Source: Mobula hypostoma (Eukaryota). From it: 64,000 nt of DNA. Positions within the stretch are counted from its first letter, which is position 1. Every line of letters starts with the position of its first letter. Positions 1 through 13,025 of this stretch are shown here, one piece after another. The notes under the pieces are model-generated. The model saw nothing but the letters and a program-made list of their open reading frames with translations. It did not search any database and was not told the DNA's origin. Both the position numbers and the translations under genes were made by a program. Location: the NCBI RefSeq assembly GCF_963921235.1, contig NC_086097.1, positions 254,760,001-254,824,000 of the forward strand. The letters run 5' to 3'.

Positions 1-621
1 TATAGTTTTCAGTGTCACTCTTCTCGAATGGGTTTTATTGCAGTAATTACACAGAGTTGATAACACAGCCACAGGCTGACTGATTCAAGCTGGTGTTTAC
101 ATCCCAAGGACCTATTCCGACTAATTCTCCTATAATCCTATTAACTATTAATTCCACTTCCTTGTCTCATTTTTAATCCTGTTTTAAATAAATCCAAGCT
201 ACCCATCATAAACACATCATTGGTCATTCTATCCATTCAATGGGAAATGAGGTTTCTCCCTATTGGGCCCATTAATAACAACCCCATTTCTACAGCTAAT
301 TGCTTTGACCTTCAAGTAAGGAGATAGTTTATCTGCATCTGCTTGCAATATCTACTGTGATGGAAATCGGTCAGTGTACACAGTTTAATGTAATGTGATT
401 GAAGTTCAGTTAATGCACAGTTTCATGCAATACCTCTGGTGATGTACCATGAGTTTTTAATCTTACCAGACACAGCAATTTGCTATGCAAGTGAAACATT
501 TTACAGAATATAGTCCAGGATTGAATTAAAAAATACTCTGGTACAGAATTCACATAAAATACCGTAATGCAAGTTCTGATATCATGTCATTTCAAAACTG
601 CAGAATATTAACGTATTGACA

Positions 622-878
622 CATAGCTCAGAGTCGTCCCTTTCAGCCCTTTGAGCCACGCAACCAGCAACCCTGATCTAATCCTTGCCTAATCACGGGA
701 CAATTTATAATCATCAACTAACCTACCAACTGGTATCTCTTTGGATTGTGGGAGGAAACCAGAGCACCTGGAGGAAACCCACACAGTTACAGTGAGAACG
801 TACAAACTCCTTACAGACAGCAGCTGGAACTAAACCCGTGTAAAGCGTGCGCTAACCACTACAACAACTTGCCACCCC
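622..878 (-). mobile_element. V-SINE (HE1-like) tRNA-derived SINE
   Basis: Minus strand contains the V-domain GGAGTTTGTACGTTCTC...GTGTGGGTTTCCTCCAGGTGCTCTGGTTTCCTCCCACA and a degenerate tRNA head. Family name is from recall. Confidence 0.65.
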
Positions 879-937
879 AATCAGTGGAAACAAGGAACCC
901 CTCTGTCCATTAAATCATTTCACTCAACTCCAGCAGT

Positions 938-1429
938 TATAGAACATAGAACAGTACAGCACAGTACAGGCCCTTCAGCCCACAATGTTGTACCGACCCT
1001 CAAACCCTGCCTTCCATATAAGCCCCCACCTTAAATTCCTCCATATACCTGTCTAGTTGTCTCCTAAACTTCACGAGTGTATCTGCCTCCACCACTGATT
1101 CAGGCAGTGCATTCCACGCACCAACCACTCTCTGAGTAAAAAACCTTCCTCTAATATCCCCCTTAAACTCCCCACCCCTTATCTCAAAGCCATGTCATCT
1201 TGTATTGAGCAGTGGTGCCCTGGGGAAGAGGTGCTGGCTATCCACTCTATCTATTCCTCTTATTATCTTGTACACCTCTATCATGTCTCCTCTCATCCTC
1301 CTTCTCTCCAAAGAGTAAAGCCCTAGCTCCCTTAATCTCTGATCATAATGCATACTCTCTAAACCAGGCAGCATCCTGGTAAATCTCCTCTGTACCCTTT
1401 CCAATGCTTCCACATCCTTCCTATAGTGA
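938..1429 (-). mobile_element. CR1 LINE 3' fragment
   Basis: HYRKDVEALERVQRRFTRMLPGL...RRRMRGDMIEVYKII. Tail of TTCTATG repeats. Confidence 0.9.
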
Positions 1430-1498
1430 ATATAGAAAACCATATGCAAACCATAACACCAGCAACAACAATGCCAAGCACTGAAACAATTCCCAAGG

Positions 1499-1719
1499 GA
1501 ACAACAGGAATTCTGCAGATGCTGGAAATTCAAGCAACATACATCAAAGTTGCTGGTGAACGCAGCAGGCCAAGCAGCATCTATAGGAAGAGGCGCAGTC
1601 GACGTTTCAGGCCGAGACCCTTCGTCAGGAGGGTCTCGGCCTGAAACGTCGACTGCGCCTCTTCCTATAGATGCTGCTTGGCCTGCTGCGTTCACCAGCA
1701 ACTTTGATGTATGTTGCTT
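1499..1719. mobile_element. Palindromic PLE pLTR insertion (inverted pLTR pair)
   Basis: Perfect ~90-bp inverted repeat (1532..1621 / 1630..1719) around TCGTCAGG. 12-bp TSD CAATTCCCAAGG at 1487..1498 and 1720..1731. Hammerhead core on the minus strand. Confidence 0.85.
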
Positions 1720-1929
1720 CAATTCCCAAGGAATCCCATTTGTGTTGCTTCCAAGAATGAACATGATGCAATGCTAATAGTTTGAATTTAGGTTTTGCAG
1801 TTCACTGCCCTTCCTTGCAAACAGGGTGTTGGGGGATTGGGCAGGGTGCTGCAAGAATGCAAAAAAAAAGATTACAGGAGAAACATGACTAAAGATGAGC
1901 AGGAACTCAAATATATTAAGTCCACAGCA

Positions 1930-4900
1930 AGGTTCTGTTGAAACAATAGTGGACTCAATAAGATTTGGAGTTAGCTGGTGAATCTTGATTTGGGGTCAGA
2001 AGGCACAGGTTTTCGGATGTATTTGAACAAGGGGGGTGGTAACTGAAATGAAGAGGCAGAGGATGGGGTAGTTGGTGCACAAGTGGAGACAGTTTGTAGA
2101 GAACTTGAGAGGAAGGATAAGCAGATGATGGAGCAAAGATGCACTCAGCCAGATGGTTTGAGATGTGTCTATTTTACTGCAAGGAGTATCATAAACAAGG
2201 AGGATGAACTTAGAGCGTGGATCAATACATGGAACTATGATGTTGTGGCCATTACAGAGACTTGGATGTCTCGGGGCAGGAATGGCTACTGAGTGTGCCA
2301 GACTTTAGATGTTTCAAAAACGATACAGACAGAGGCAAAAGAGGTGAGGCATGGCATTGCTAATCAGGGATAGTATCATAGCTGCAGAAAAGGAGGAAAT
2401 CATGAAGGGATTGTCTACTGAGTCTGTGTGGGTGGAAGTCAGAAACAGGAAAGGGACAATAACTCCACTGGGTGTTTTTATAGATCCCCACTGATCAACA
2501 AGGATCAGGTAGGGAAGCAGATTTTGGAAAGGTGCAGTAATGAGAGTTGTTGTGATGGGCGATTTTAACTTTCCTAATATTGACTGGCATATCCTTAGAG
2601 CAAGGGGTTTGGATGGGGTGGAGTTTGTTAGGTGCGTTCAGGAAGGTTTCCTAACACAATATGTAGATAAGCCAACTTGAGGAGAGGCTGTACTTGATCT
2701 AATATTGGGAAATGAACGTGGTCAGGTGTCAGATCTCTCACTGGGAGAGCATTTAGGAGATAGTGATCATAATTCTATCTCCTTTACCGTAGCGATGGAG
2801 AGGGATAGGAGCAGAAAGTTTGAGAAAACATTTAATTGGGGTAGGGGGAAATATGATGCAGAAATGTGGCAAATGTTCAGGGAACATTTTCGTGACATTC
2901 TGCATAGGTATGGTCCATTGAGGCAGGGAAAGGATGGCAGAGTTAAAGAACCATGGTGTACAAAGCATGTAGAAAATCTAGTTAAGAAGAAAAGAAAAGC
3001 TTACCAAAGGTTCAAGAAACTAGGCACTGTTAGAACCCTAGAAAATTACGAGGTTGCTAAGAAGAAGCTTAAGGATGAAATTAGGAGAGCTCGAAGGGGT
3101 CGTGAGAAGGCCTTGATGAGCAGGATTAAGGAAAACCCCAAGGCATTCTACAAGTATGTGAAGAGCAAGGGGATGAGCCGTGTGAGAATAGGACCAATCA
3201 GGTGTGATCATGGAAATGTGTGCATGGAGACTGAGGAGGTAGCAGAGGTAAAAAAACATAGAAAGTCTACAGCACATTACAAGCCCTTTGGCCCACAATG
3301 TTGTGCTGACTGTGTAACCTACTCTAGAAGCTGCCTAGAATTTCCCTACCACATAGCCCTCTGTTTTTCTAAGCTCCGTGTACCTATCTAAGCGTCTCTG
3401 ATAAAACCCTATTGTACTCGCCTCTACCACCTTCGCTGGCAGTGCATTCCACGCACCCACCACTCTCTGTGTGAAAAACTTACCTCTGACATCCTTCTTG
3501 TATCTACAAACTTCCAAGCACCTTAAAACTATGCCTCCTCGTGTTAGCCATTTCAGCTCTGGGAAAATGCCTCTGGCTATCCACACGATCAATGCCTCTC
3601 ATCATCTTATACACCTCAATCAGGTCACCTCTCATCCTCTGTTGCTCCAAGGAGAAAAGACCAAGTTCACTTAACCTATTCTCACAAGGCATGCACTTCA
3701 ATCCAGGCAACATCCTTGTAAATCTCTTCTGCACTCTCTCTATAGTATCCACATCCTTCCTGTAGTGAGGTGACCAGAGCTGAACACAGGACTCCAAGTG
3801 GGGTCTAACTGACGTCTTACACAGTTGTAACATAGTTACCAAATACCTTGCTTCAGTATTCACCAGAAAAAAGACCTTGGCAATTGTGGGGATGACTTGC
3901 AATGGACTAAAACGCTTGAGCATATAGATATTAAGAAAGAGGACGTGCTGGAGCTTTTGAAAAGCATTAAATTAGATAAGTCACTGGGACTGGATGAGAT
4001 GTACCTCAGGCTACTGTGGGCGGCGAGGGAGGAGATTGCTGAGCTTCTTGTGATGATCTTTGCATCATCAATAGAGACAGGAGAAATACTGGAGGATTGG
4101 AGGGTTGCGGGTGTTGTTCCCTTATTCAAGAAAGGGAGTAGAGATAGCCCAGGAAATTATAGACCAGTGAGTCTGATTTCAGTGGTGTAAGTTGTTGGAG
4201 AAGATCCTGAGAGGCAGGATTTATAAGCATTTGGGGAGACATAATCTGATTAGGGATCGTTAGCATGGCTTTGTCAAGGGCAGGTCATACCTTACGAGCC
4301 TGATTGAATTCTTTGAGGATGTAACAAAACAAATTGATGAAAATAGAGTAGTGGATGTAGTGTATATGGATTTCAGCAAGTCATTTGATGAGGCTCCCAG
4401 ACAAGGCTCATTCAGAAAGTAAGGAGGTATGGGATCCAAGGAGACCTTCCTTTGTGGATCCAGTCTTGGCTTGCCCACAGAAGGCAAAGGGTAGTTGTAG
4501 ACATTTTGTATTCTGTATGGAGGTTGGTGACCAATTGTGTTCTGCAGGGATATGTTCTGGGACCCCTCCTCTTTGTGATTTTTATAAATGACCTGAATGA
4601 GGAAGTTGAAGGGTGGGTTATTAAGTTTACTGATGACACAAAAGTTGGGGGTGTTGTGAATAGTCTAGAGGGTTGTCAGCGGTTACAACGGGACATCGAT
4701 AACATGCAGAACTGGGCTGAGAAGTGGCAGATGGAGTTCAACCCAGAAAAGTGTGAAGTAGTTCATTTTGGTCGGTCAAATTTGAAGACAGAATATAATG
4801 TTAACATTAAGACTCTTGGCTGTGTAGAGGATCAGAGAGATCTTGGGGTCCATGTCCGTAGGACACTCAAAGCTGCTGTGCAGGTTGACGTTGTTGTTAA

Positions 4901-5117
4901 GAAGGCATAAGATGTTCAGGCCTTCATCAACGATGGGATTGAGTTTCAGAGCAGTCTTTTAATAGACTCTTAGATAGGTACATGGAGGTTAGAAAAATAG
5001 AGGGTTACGCGATAGGTAAATTCTAGTCAGTTTCTAGAGTAGGTTACATGGTTGGCACAACATTGCTTTCCAAAGGGCCTGTAATGTGCTGTGGATTTTC
5101 TATGTTCTATGCTCTAA
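1930..5117 (+). mobile_element. Degenerate CR1 LINE (APE + RT) with a nested minus-strand CR1 at ~3253..3833
   Basis: YDVVAITETW and DSDHN (APE); NYRPVSL and QGYVLGPLLF...FTDDTK (RT). Multiple frameshifts and deletions. Confidence 0.88.
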
Positions 5118-5609
5118 GATCCAACGATGGACTAAAAGGCTCAGAAGTGGAAGAGGAAAGAGAGACACTTCATAAAAATAGTCATAGAGGAAGTTTCCAA
5201 TTTGGGACCAGTTGATTTATAATTACGAGGTCGGCATCCACGATTTATCCATAATTGTCTTTAAATATGATATCACAAATGCTTCATAGAACACTACAGC
5301 ATGGTACAGGCCCTTTGGCCCATGAATTTGTGCCTACATTGTAAGCTACGCTAAGATCAATCTAACCCTTCCCTCCCACGTATCCCTCTGTGCCTATCTA
5401 AATTGCAATTCTGAAGGAAGCATGGCAGTGCCTCTACATCCTTCACAGTTCGCAGAGATTCACCATGACATCTGAAACTTCAACAAACTTCTATAGATGT
5501 GAATTGAATAATATATTGACTGGCTGCATCACAGTCCAGTATGGAAAGGCCAATGCCCTTGAATGGAAAATTCTACAAAAAGTAGTGGATATGTCCCAGT
5601 CCATCACAG

Positions 5610-6760
5610 CAACTAAAAAATCTATACAGGAACAGATGAAATATGAGAGCAAGCTAGCCAATAAAATAAAGCAGGATACTAAATTTTTTTCATTTATATA
5701 AAGAGTATAACTGAGGTGAGAGTTGATATTGGACCACTGGAAAATGATGCTGATGGGTAGTAATCAGTCTTCACAGTGAAAGACACTAGCAGTGTGCCAA
5801 AGGTCCGTGAATGTCCATAAGACCATAATACAGAGGAGCAGAAGTCGGCCATTCGGCCCATCGAGTCTGCTCCGCCATTCCATCATGAGCTGATCCATTC
5901 TACCCTTTAGTCCCACTCCCCCGTCTTCTCACCATAACCTTTGATGCCCTGGCTACTCAGATACCTATCAATCTCTGCCTTAAATACACCCAATGACTTG
6001 GCCTGCACTGCCAACCGTGGCAACAAATTCCATAGATTCACCACTCTCTGGCTAAAAAAATTTCTTCGCATTTCTGTTCTGAATGAGCGCCCTTCAATCC
6101 TTAAGTCATGCCCTCTCTACTAGACTCCCCCATCATGGGAAACAACTTTGCCACATCCACTCTGTCCATGCCTTTCAACATTCAAAATGTTTCTATGAGG
6201 TCCCCGCTCATTCTTCTAAACTCCAAGGAATATAGTCCAAGAGCGGACAAACATTCCTCATATGTTAACCTTCCCAGTCCCGGAATCATTCTAGTGAATC
6301 TTCTCTATACCCCCTCCAACGTCAGCACATCCTTTCTTAAATAAGGAGAACAAAACTGCCCACAGTACTCCAAGTGAGGTCTCACTAGCGCCTTATAGAG
6401 CCTCAACATCACATCCCTGCTCCTATACTCTATTCCTCTAGAAATGAATGCCAACATTGCATTCGCCTTCTTCACCACCAACTCAACCTGGAGGTTAACC
6501 TTAAGGGTATCAATGTCAGGGAGCGGGAGTGAGTGCCATTGCTAATACAAAGGAAAAAGTGCGAGGCAAACTCAAAGGTCTTAAGGTGGATAAGTCACCT
6601 GGACAATGGATACATCCTAGAGTCCTGAGAGCGGTTGTTGAAAGGATAACAACTGCATTGATCATGATCTTTCAAGAATGACTTGATTCTGGCATGGTCC
6701 CAGAGAACTGGAAAATTGCAAATGTCTCTCCACTCTTTAAGAAGGGAGGAAGGCAAAAGA
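5610..6760 (+). mobile_element. Old CR1 ORF2 fragment interrupted by a minus-strand CR1 3' end (~5816..6511)
   Basis: KYESKLANKIKQDTK, plus KVDKSPG and WKIANVSPLFKKG-like segments. The nested copy ends in a CCATAAGA repeat tail. Confidence 0.75.
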
Positions 6761-7328
6761 GGCTGGGCAAAAGATGAGGCGAGACTTGGCAGGAGCTGGA
6801 GACTTGAGGTGAGGCTGGAGGCTTGGCAGGCTCCTCCTGGGCAGGGTGCGGATCACCACCCGACAGAGGCAAGGGACAGGAAGGAACAGAACCAACCCCA
6901 GGTAACGGCAAGAAGGCCTGGCTTACCTGGGCGGAGGCAAGGGACAGGAAGGGAGCTAGGTACAGGGTGGCTACAGGACAAGACTGCAGGCGAGACGAGG
7001 CGATGGTTTCCAGCAAGACAAGGCAAGGCTTCTGGCAAAGCAAGGTGAGACAAGAACTTCAGGCGAGGCGAGAGTTACCGGCAAGACAAGGCAGGGCTTC
7101 AGGAGAGGAAACAGAAGGCAGAGGAAGGGATACAAGGAGTAAGGACAAGAACAATCCAGCAGCCACACCCTGGTGTTTGAAGGTATTTATGCAGCCAGCC
7201 CCAATGAGAATCAGCTGCCTCAATTAGCTCAACAAGGACAGAAACAGGGTAGAAATGAAAACCTAGAGCAAGGGTCGATGGACCGGACCGTGAACCGGAA
7301 TACGGACTTCACGGACTGGACTATGACA
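6761..7328 (-). mobile_element. LTR-like fragment with purine-rich internal repeats
   Basis: Ends ...CTATGACA (TGTCA on minus). TATTTAT and CAGCTG motifs resemble fish-type LTRs. Short AAGACAAGGCA repeats. Confidence 0.45.
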
Positions 7329-7979
7329 GGCTGATGTTAGGCTGTCCTTAAAGAGAGCGAACCCTTGCAAGGTGGAAGGTCCAGATGGAGTACCTGGAAA
7401 GGCTCTGAAAACCTGTGCCAACCAACTAGCGGGAGTATTCAAAGACATTTGCAACATCTCACTCCTACAGGCAGAATTTCCCACGTGCTTCAAAAAGGCA
7501 ACAATTATCCCAGTACCTAAGAAGAATAATGTGGGCTGCCTTAATGACTATCAACAGTGATGAAATGGTTTGAGAGGTAGTCGTGACTAGACTGAAATCC
7601 TGCCTCAGCAAGGACCTGGACCCATTGCAATTTGCTTATCGCCACAATAGGTTAACGGCAGATGCAATCTCAATGGCTCTTCACACGGCTTTAGACCATC
7701 CAGACAACACGAACACCTGCGTCAGGATGCTGTTCATCGACTATAGCTCAGCATTTAATACCATTATTCCCACAATCCTGATTGAGAAGTTACAGAACCT
7801 GGGACTTTGTACTTCCCTCTGCAATTGGATCCTTGACTTCCTAACCGGAAGCCGCAATCTGTGCGGATTGGTGATAACATCTCCTCCTCGCTGACGATCA
7901 ACACTGGTGCACCTCAGGGGTGTGTGCTTAGCCCGCTGTTCTACTCTCTATATACATATGACTGTGTGGCTAGGCATAG

Positions 7980-10900
7980 AAACCATAGAAAACTACAGCA
8001 CAGAAACAGGCCTTTTGGCCCTTCTTGTCTGTGCCGAACCATTTTCTGCCTAGTCCCACTGACCTGCACACGGACCATATCCCTCCATACACCTCCCATC
8101 CATGTATCTGTCCAATTTATTGTTAAATGTTAAAAAAGAACCCACATTTACCACCTCATCTGGCAGCTCAGTCCATACTCCCACCACTCTGTGTGAAGAA
8201 GCCCCCCCTAAAGTTCCCTTTAAACTTTTCCCCCCTCAGCCTTAACCCATGTCCTCTGGTTTCTTTCTCCCCTTGCCTCAGTGGAAAAAGCCTGCTTGCA
8301 TTCACTCTATCTATACCCATCATAATTTTATATACCTCTGTCAAATCTCCCCTCATTCTTCTACGCTCCAGGGAATAAAGTCCTAACCTATTCAACCTTT
8401 CTCTGCAACTGAGTTTCTTAAGTCCTGGCAACATCCTTGTAAACCTTCTCTGCACTCTTTCAACCTTATTTATATCCTTCCTGTAATTTGGTGACCAAAA
8501 CTGAACACAATACTCCAGATTCGGCCTCACCAATGCCTTATACAACCTCATCATAACATTCCAGCTCTTATACTCAATACTTTGATTAATAAACGCCAAT
8601 GTACCAAAAGCTTTCTTTACGACCCTGTCTACCTGTGACACCACTTTTAGGGAATTTTTATATCTGTATTCCCAAATCCCTCTGTTCTACTGCACTCCTC
8701 AGTGCCTTACCATTAACCCTGTATGTTCTACCTTGGTTTGTCCTTCCAATGTGCAATACCTCACACTTGTCTGTATTAATCTGCATCTGCCATTTTTCAG
8801 CCCATTTTTCCAGCTGGTCCAAGTCCCTCTGCAGGCTCTGAAAACCTTCCTCACTGTCTACTACACCTCCAATCTCTGTATCATCAGCCAATTTGCTGAT
8901 CCAATTTACCACATTATCATCCAGATCATTGATATAGATGACAAATAACAATGGACCCAGCACTGATCCCTGTGGCACACCACTAGTCACAGGCCTCCAC
9001 TCAGAGAAGCAATTTTCTACTACCACTCTTTGGCTTCTTCCATTCAGCCAATGTCCAATCCAATTTACCACCTCTCCATGTATACCTAGCGACTGAATTT
9101 TCCTAACTAACCTCCCATGCGGGACCTTGTCAAAGGCCTTACTGAAGTCCATGTAGACAACATCCACTGCCTTCCCTTCATCCACTTTCCTGGTAACCTC
9201 CTCGAAAAACTCCAATAGATTGGCCAAACATGACCTACCATGCACAAAGCCATGTTGACTCTCCCTAATAAGTCCCTGTCTATCCAAATGCTTGTTGATT
9301 CTGTCTCTTAGTACTCCCTACAATAACTTACCTACTACCGATGTTAAATTTACCGGCCTATAATTTCCCGGATTACTTTTCGATCCTTCTTTAAACAACG
9401 GAACAACATGAGCCACTCTCCAATCCTCCGGCACCTCACCCGTTGACAGCAACATTTTAAATATTTCTGCCAGGTCCCCCGCAATTTCAACACTAGTCTC
9501 CTTCAAGGTCTGAGGGAACACCCTGTCAGGTCCTGGGGATTTATCCACTTTAATTTTTCTCAAGACAGCAAGCACCTCCTCCCTTTCAATCTGTACAGTT
9601 TCCATGATCTCACTACTTGATTCCCTTAATTCTATAGACTTCATGCCAGTTTCCTTAGTAAATACAGACGCAAAAAACCTATTTAAGATCTCAACAGGAA
9701 TTCTGCAGATGCTGGAAATTCAAGCAACATACATCAAAGTTGCTGGTAAACGCAGCAGGCCAAGCAGCATCTGTAGGAAGAGGTGCAGTCGACGTTTCAG
9801 GCCGAGACCCTTCGTCAGGAAGATCTCCCCCATTTCCTTTGGTTCCGCACATAGCCGACCACTCTGATCTTCAAGAGGACCAATTTTATCCCTTACAATC
9901 CTTTTGCTCTTAATATACCTGTAAAAGCTCTTTGGATTATCCTTCACTTTGACTGCCAAGGCAACCTCATGTCTTCTTTTTGCCCTCCTGATTACCTTCT
10001 TAAGTATTTTCTTGCACTTCTTATACTCCTCAAGCACCTGATTTACTCCCTGTTTCCTATACACTTCATACAACTCCCTCTTCTTCTTTATCAGAGTTGC
10101 AATATCCCTCGAGAACCAAGGTTCCTTATTCCTATTCACTTTGCCTTTAATCCTGACAGGAATATACAAACTCTGCACTCTCAAAATTTCTCCTTTGAAG
10201 GCTTCCCACCTACTGATCACATCTTTGCCAGAGAACAACCTGTCCCAATCCACGCTTTTTAGATCCTTACTCATTTCTACAAATTTGGCCTTCTTCCAGT
10301 TCAGAACCTCAACCCTACGACCAGATCTATCCTTGTCCATGATCAAATTGAAACTAATGGTGTTATGATCACTGGAACCAAAGTGCTCCCCTACACAGAC
10401 TTCCGTCACTTGTCCTAACTCGTTTCCTAACAGGAGATCCAATATTGCATCCCCTCTAGTTGGTCCCTCTATATATTGATTTAGAAAACTTTCCTGAACA
10501 CATTTTACAAACTCTAAACCATCTAGACCCCTAACAGTATGGGAGTCCCAATCAATATATGGAAAATTAAAATCCCCTACCACCACAACTTTATGTTTCC
10601 TGCAGTTGCCTGCTATCTCTCTGCAGATTTGCTCTTCCAAGTCTCGTTGACTATAGGGTGGTCTGTAATACAATCCCACTAATGTGGCCATACCTTTCCT
10701 GTTTCTCAGCTCCACCCATAAGAACTCAGTACACAAGCCCTCTAATCTGTCCTGCCTGAGCACTGCTGTAATATTTTCCCTAACGAGCAATGCTACTCCC
10801 CCACCTTTCATTCCTCTGCCTCGATCACATCTGAAACATCGGAACCCTGGAATATTAAGCTGCCAGTCCTGCCCCTCCTGTAGCCAAGTTTCACTAATTG

Positions 10901-11624
10901 CTATAACGTCATAATTCCACGTGTCAATCCACGCCCTCAACTCATCCGCCTTCCCCACAATACTCCTGGCATTGAAATATATACACCTCAGAAGATTTTT
11001 ACCACCACTCACAACCTTTCTATTTGCTTGAACTTTTAACATCATTTATTTTCACCCCAGCCACACTGTCAGCTCTGGCACTCTGGTTCCCATCCCCCTG
11101 CAAATCTAGTTTAAAGCCTCCCCAACAGCACTAACAAACAACCCTGAAAGGATATTGGTCCCCCTGTGGTTCAAGTGTAACCCGTCTCTCTTGTACAGGT
11201 CCCACCTGCCCCAGAGGAGGTCCCAATGATCCTGAAATCTGAAACCCTGCCCCCTACACCAGTTCCTCAGCCACTTGTTCATCCCCCAGAGCATCCTATT
11301 CCTACCCTCACTGGCACCTAGCACAGGTAGCAATCCTGAGATTACCACCCTCGAGGTCCTGCTTTTCAACTTCCTACCCAGCTCTCTATACTCACTCTCC
11401 AGGACCTCCTCACTCTTCCTTGCTATGTCATTGGTACCGATGTGCACCACGACATCTGGCTGGTCACCCTCCCACTTCCGAATGTCATGCAATCGATCAG
11501 AGACATCCTTGACCCTGGCACCCTGGAGGCAACAAACCATCCTGGATTCTCTGTCACGACTACAGAACCTCCTATCTGTACCTCTAACTATCGAGTCCCC
11601 TATCACTACCGCTCTCCTCTTCTC
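7980..11624 (-). mobile_element. Young ~3.6-kb CR1 LINE (esterase part of ORF1 plus ORF2 with few lesions)
   Basis: ORF1 VVIGDSIVRG...VHIGTND...DGLHLN (SGNH esterase). ORF2 APE (ISETWL, GDFNF, SDHN) and RT (QGSVLGP, ADDT). Confidence 0.93.
9693..9819 (-). mobile_element. Short PLE pLTR insertion inside CR1 ORF2
   Basis: Near-identical to 1503..1629. 8-bp TSD AAGATCTC at 9685..9692 and 9820..9827. Minus strand begins CCTGACGAAGGGTCTCGGCCTGAAACGTCGACTG. Confidence 0.85.
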
Positions 11625-12848
11625 CTCAAATACCATCTATAAATATGCTGACGATACAACCATTGTTGGTAGAATCTCAGGTGGTGATGAGAGGGCGTAC
11701 AGGAGTAAGATATGCCAACTAGTGGAATGGTGCCGCAGCAACAACCTGGCACTCAACGTCAGTAAAACAAAAGAGCTGATTGTGGACTTCAGGAAGGGTA
11801 AGACGAAGGAACACATACCAATCCTCATAGAGGGATCAGAAGTGGGGAGAGTGAGCAGCTTCAAGTTCCTGGGTGTCAAGATCTCTGAGGATCTAACCTG
11901 GTCCCAACATATCGATATAGTTATAAAGAAGGCAAGACAGTGGCTAGACTTTATTAGGAGTTTGGAGAGATTTGGCATGTCAACAAATACACTCAAAAAC
12001 TTCTATAGTTGTACTGTGGAGAGCATTCTGACAGGCTGCATCACTGTCTGGTATGGAGGGGCTACTGCACAGGACCAAAAGAAGCTGCAGAAGGTTGTAA
12101 ATTTAGTCAGTTCCATCTTGGGTACCAGCCTACAAAGTACCCAGGACATCTTTAGGGAGCAGTGTCTCAGAAACGCAGCATCCATTATTAAAGACCTCCA
12201 GCACCCAGGACATGCCCTTTTCTCACTGTTACCATCAGGTAGGAGCTACAGAAGCCTGAAGGCACACACTCAGTGATTCAGGAACAGATTCTTCCCCTCT
12301 GCCATCCGATTCCTAAATGGACATTGAATATTTGGACACTACCTCACTTTTTTTTTGATATACAGTATTTCTGTTTTGCAGGTTTTTTAAATCTATTCTA
12401 TATGCGTAATTGATTTACTTGTTTATTTATTATTATTATTTCTTTCTCTCTGCTAGATTATGTATTGCATTGAACTGCTGCTGCTAAGTTAACAAATTTC
12501 ACGTCACATGCTGGTGATAATAAACCTGATTCTGATTCGGGTGCAGCAGGAACAGTCGGTGTTGAGAATAAAGGTATCCGCTGTTGGTGTAGTAATTGCT
12601 CAGTACAGAATTTGAGCAAATAAAGCTGCCTTTCAAAGGGGTAATTCACACTACCGCAACATATTCCACACCAGTCCACTCACACCCCACTGCATACTAC
12701 TGTAACCACCTGTCTCACCAAATCACATCACATTGAACAAGGACAATGCCGAGGACTCTCCTGGCTGCTGCTCTCACCAACGTTCGAGCTGGGGACTGTC
12801 ACTGTTCGACAGGGAGGCTGTCCCCGCTCCATTCGAGCAGGGAGGCGG

Positions 12849-13025
12849 CTGTCCCGCAGCGTTTCGGGCGGGGGGGGAATGATTCTGTCCCGCAGCGTTT
12901 GAGTTGGGAGGTGGGGAATGATTCTGTCCCGCAGCGTTTGTGTTGGGGGGTGGGGAATGATTCTGTCCCGCAGCGTTTGAGTTGGAGGGGTGGGGAATGA
13001 TTCTGTCCCGCAGCGTTTGAGTGGG
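12849..13025. repeat. G-rich minisatellite, ~36-40-bp unit, 5 core copies
   Basis: CTGTCCCGCAGCGTTT recurs at 12849, 12885, 12924, 12963 and 13003, with GGGGAATGATT before the last four. Confidence 0.92.

Larger units (their letters stand above)
7329..12538 (+). mobile_element. Rex1/Babar-type LINE, split by a CR1 insertion (7980..11624)
   Basis: [65 protein letters not shown]. Tail AATAAACCTGATTCTGATTC. The halves rejoin as GGCTAGGCATAG|CTCAAATACC. Confidence 0.9.

Noticed and set aside
11275..12276. 333-aa ORF as a novel gene
   Set aside because: Chance chimera: antisense CR1 ORF1 read in frame into the Rex1/Babar RT C-terminus at the insertion junction (11624/11625).
12849..13025. Repeat-spacer pattern resembling a CRISPR array
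   Set aside because: The intervening sequences are near-identical G-rich variants rather than unique spacers. The context is eukaryotic with no cas genes, so this is a minisatellite.
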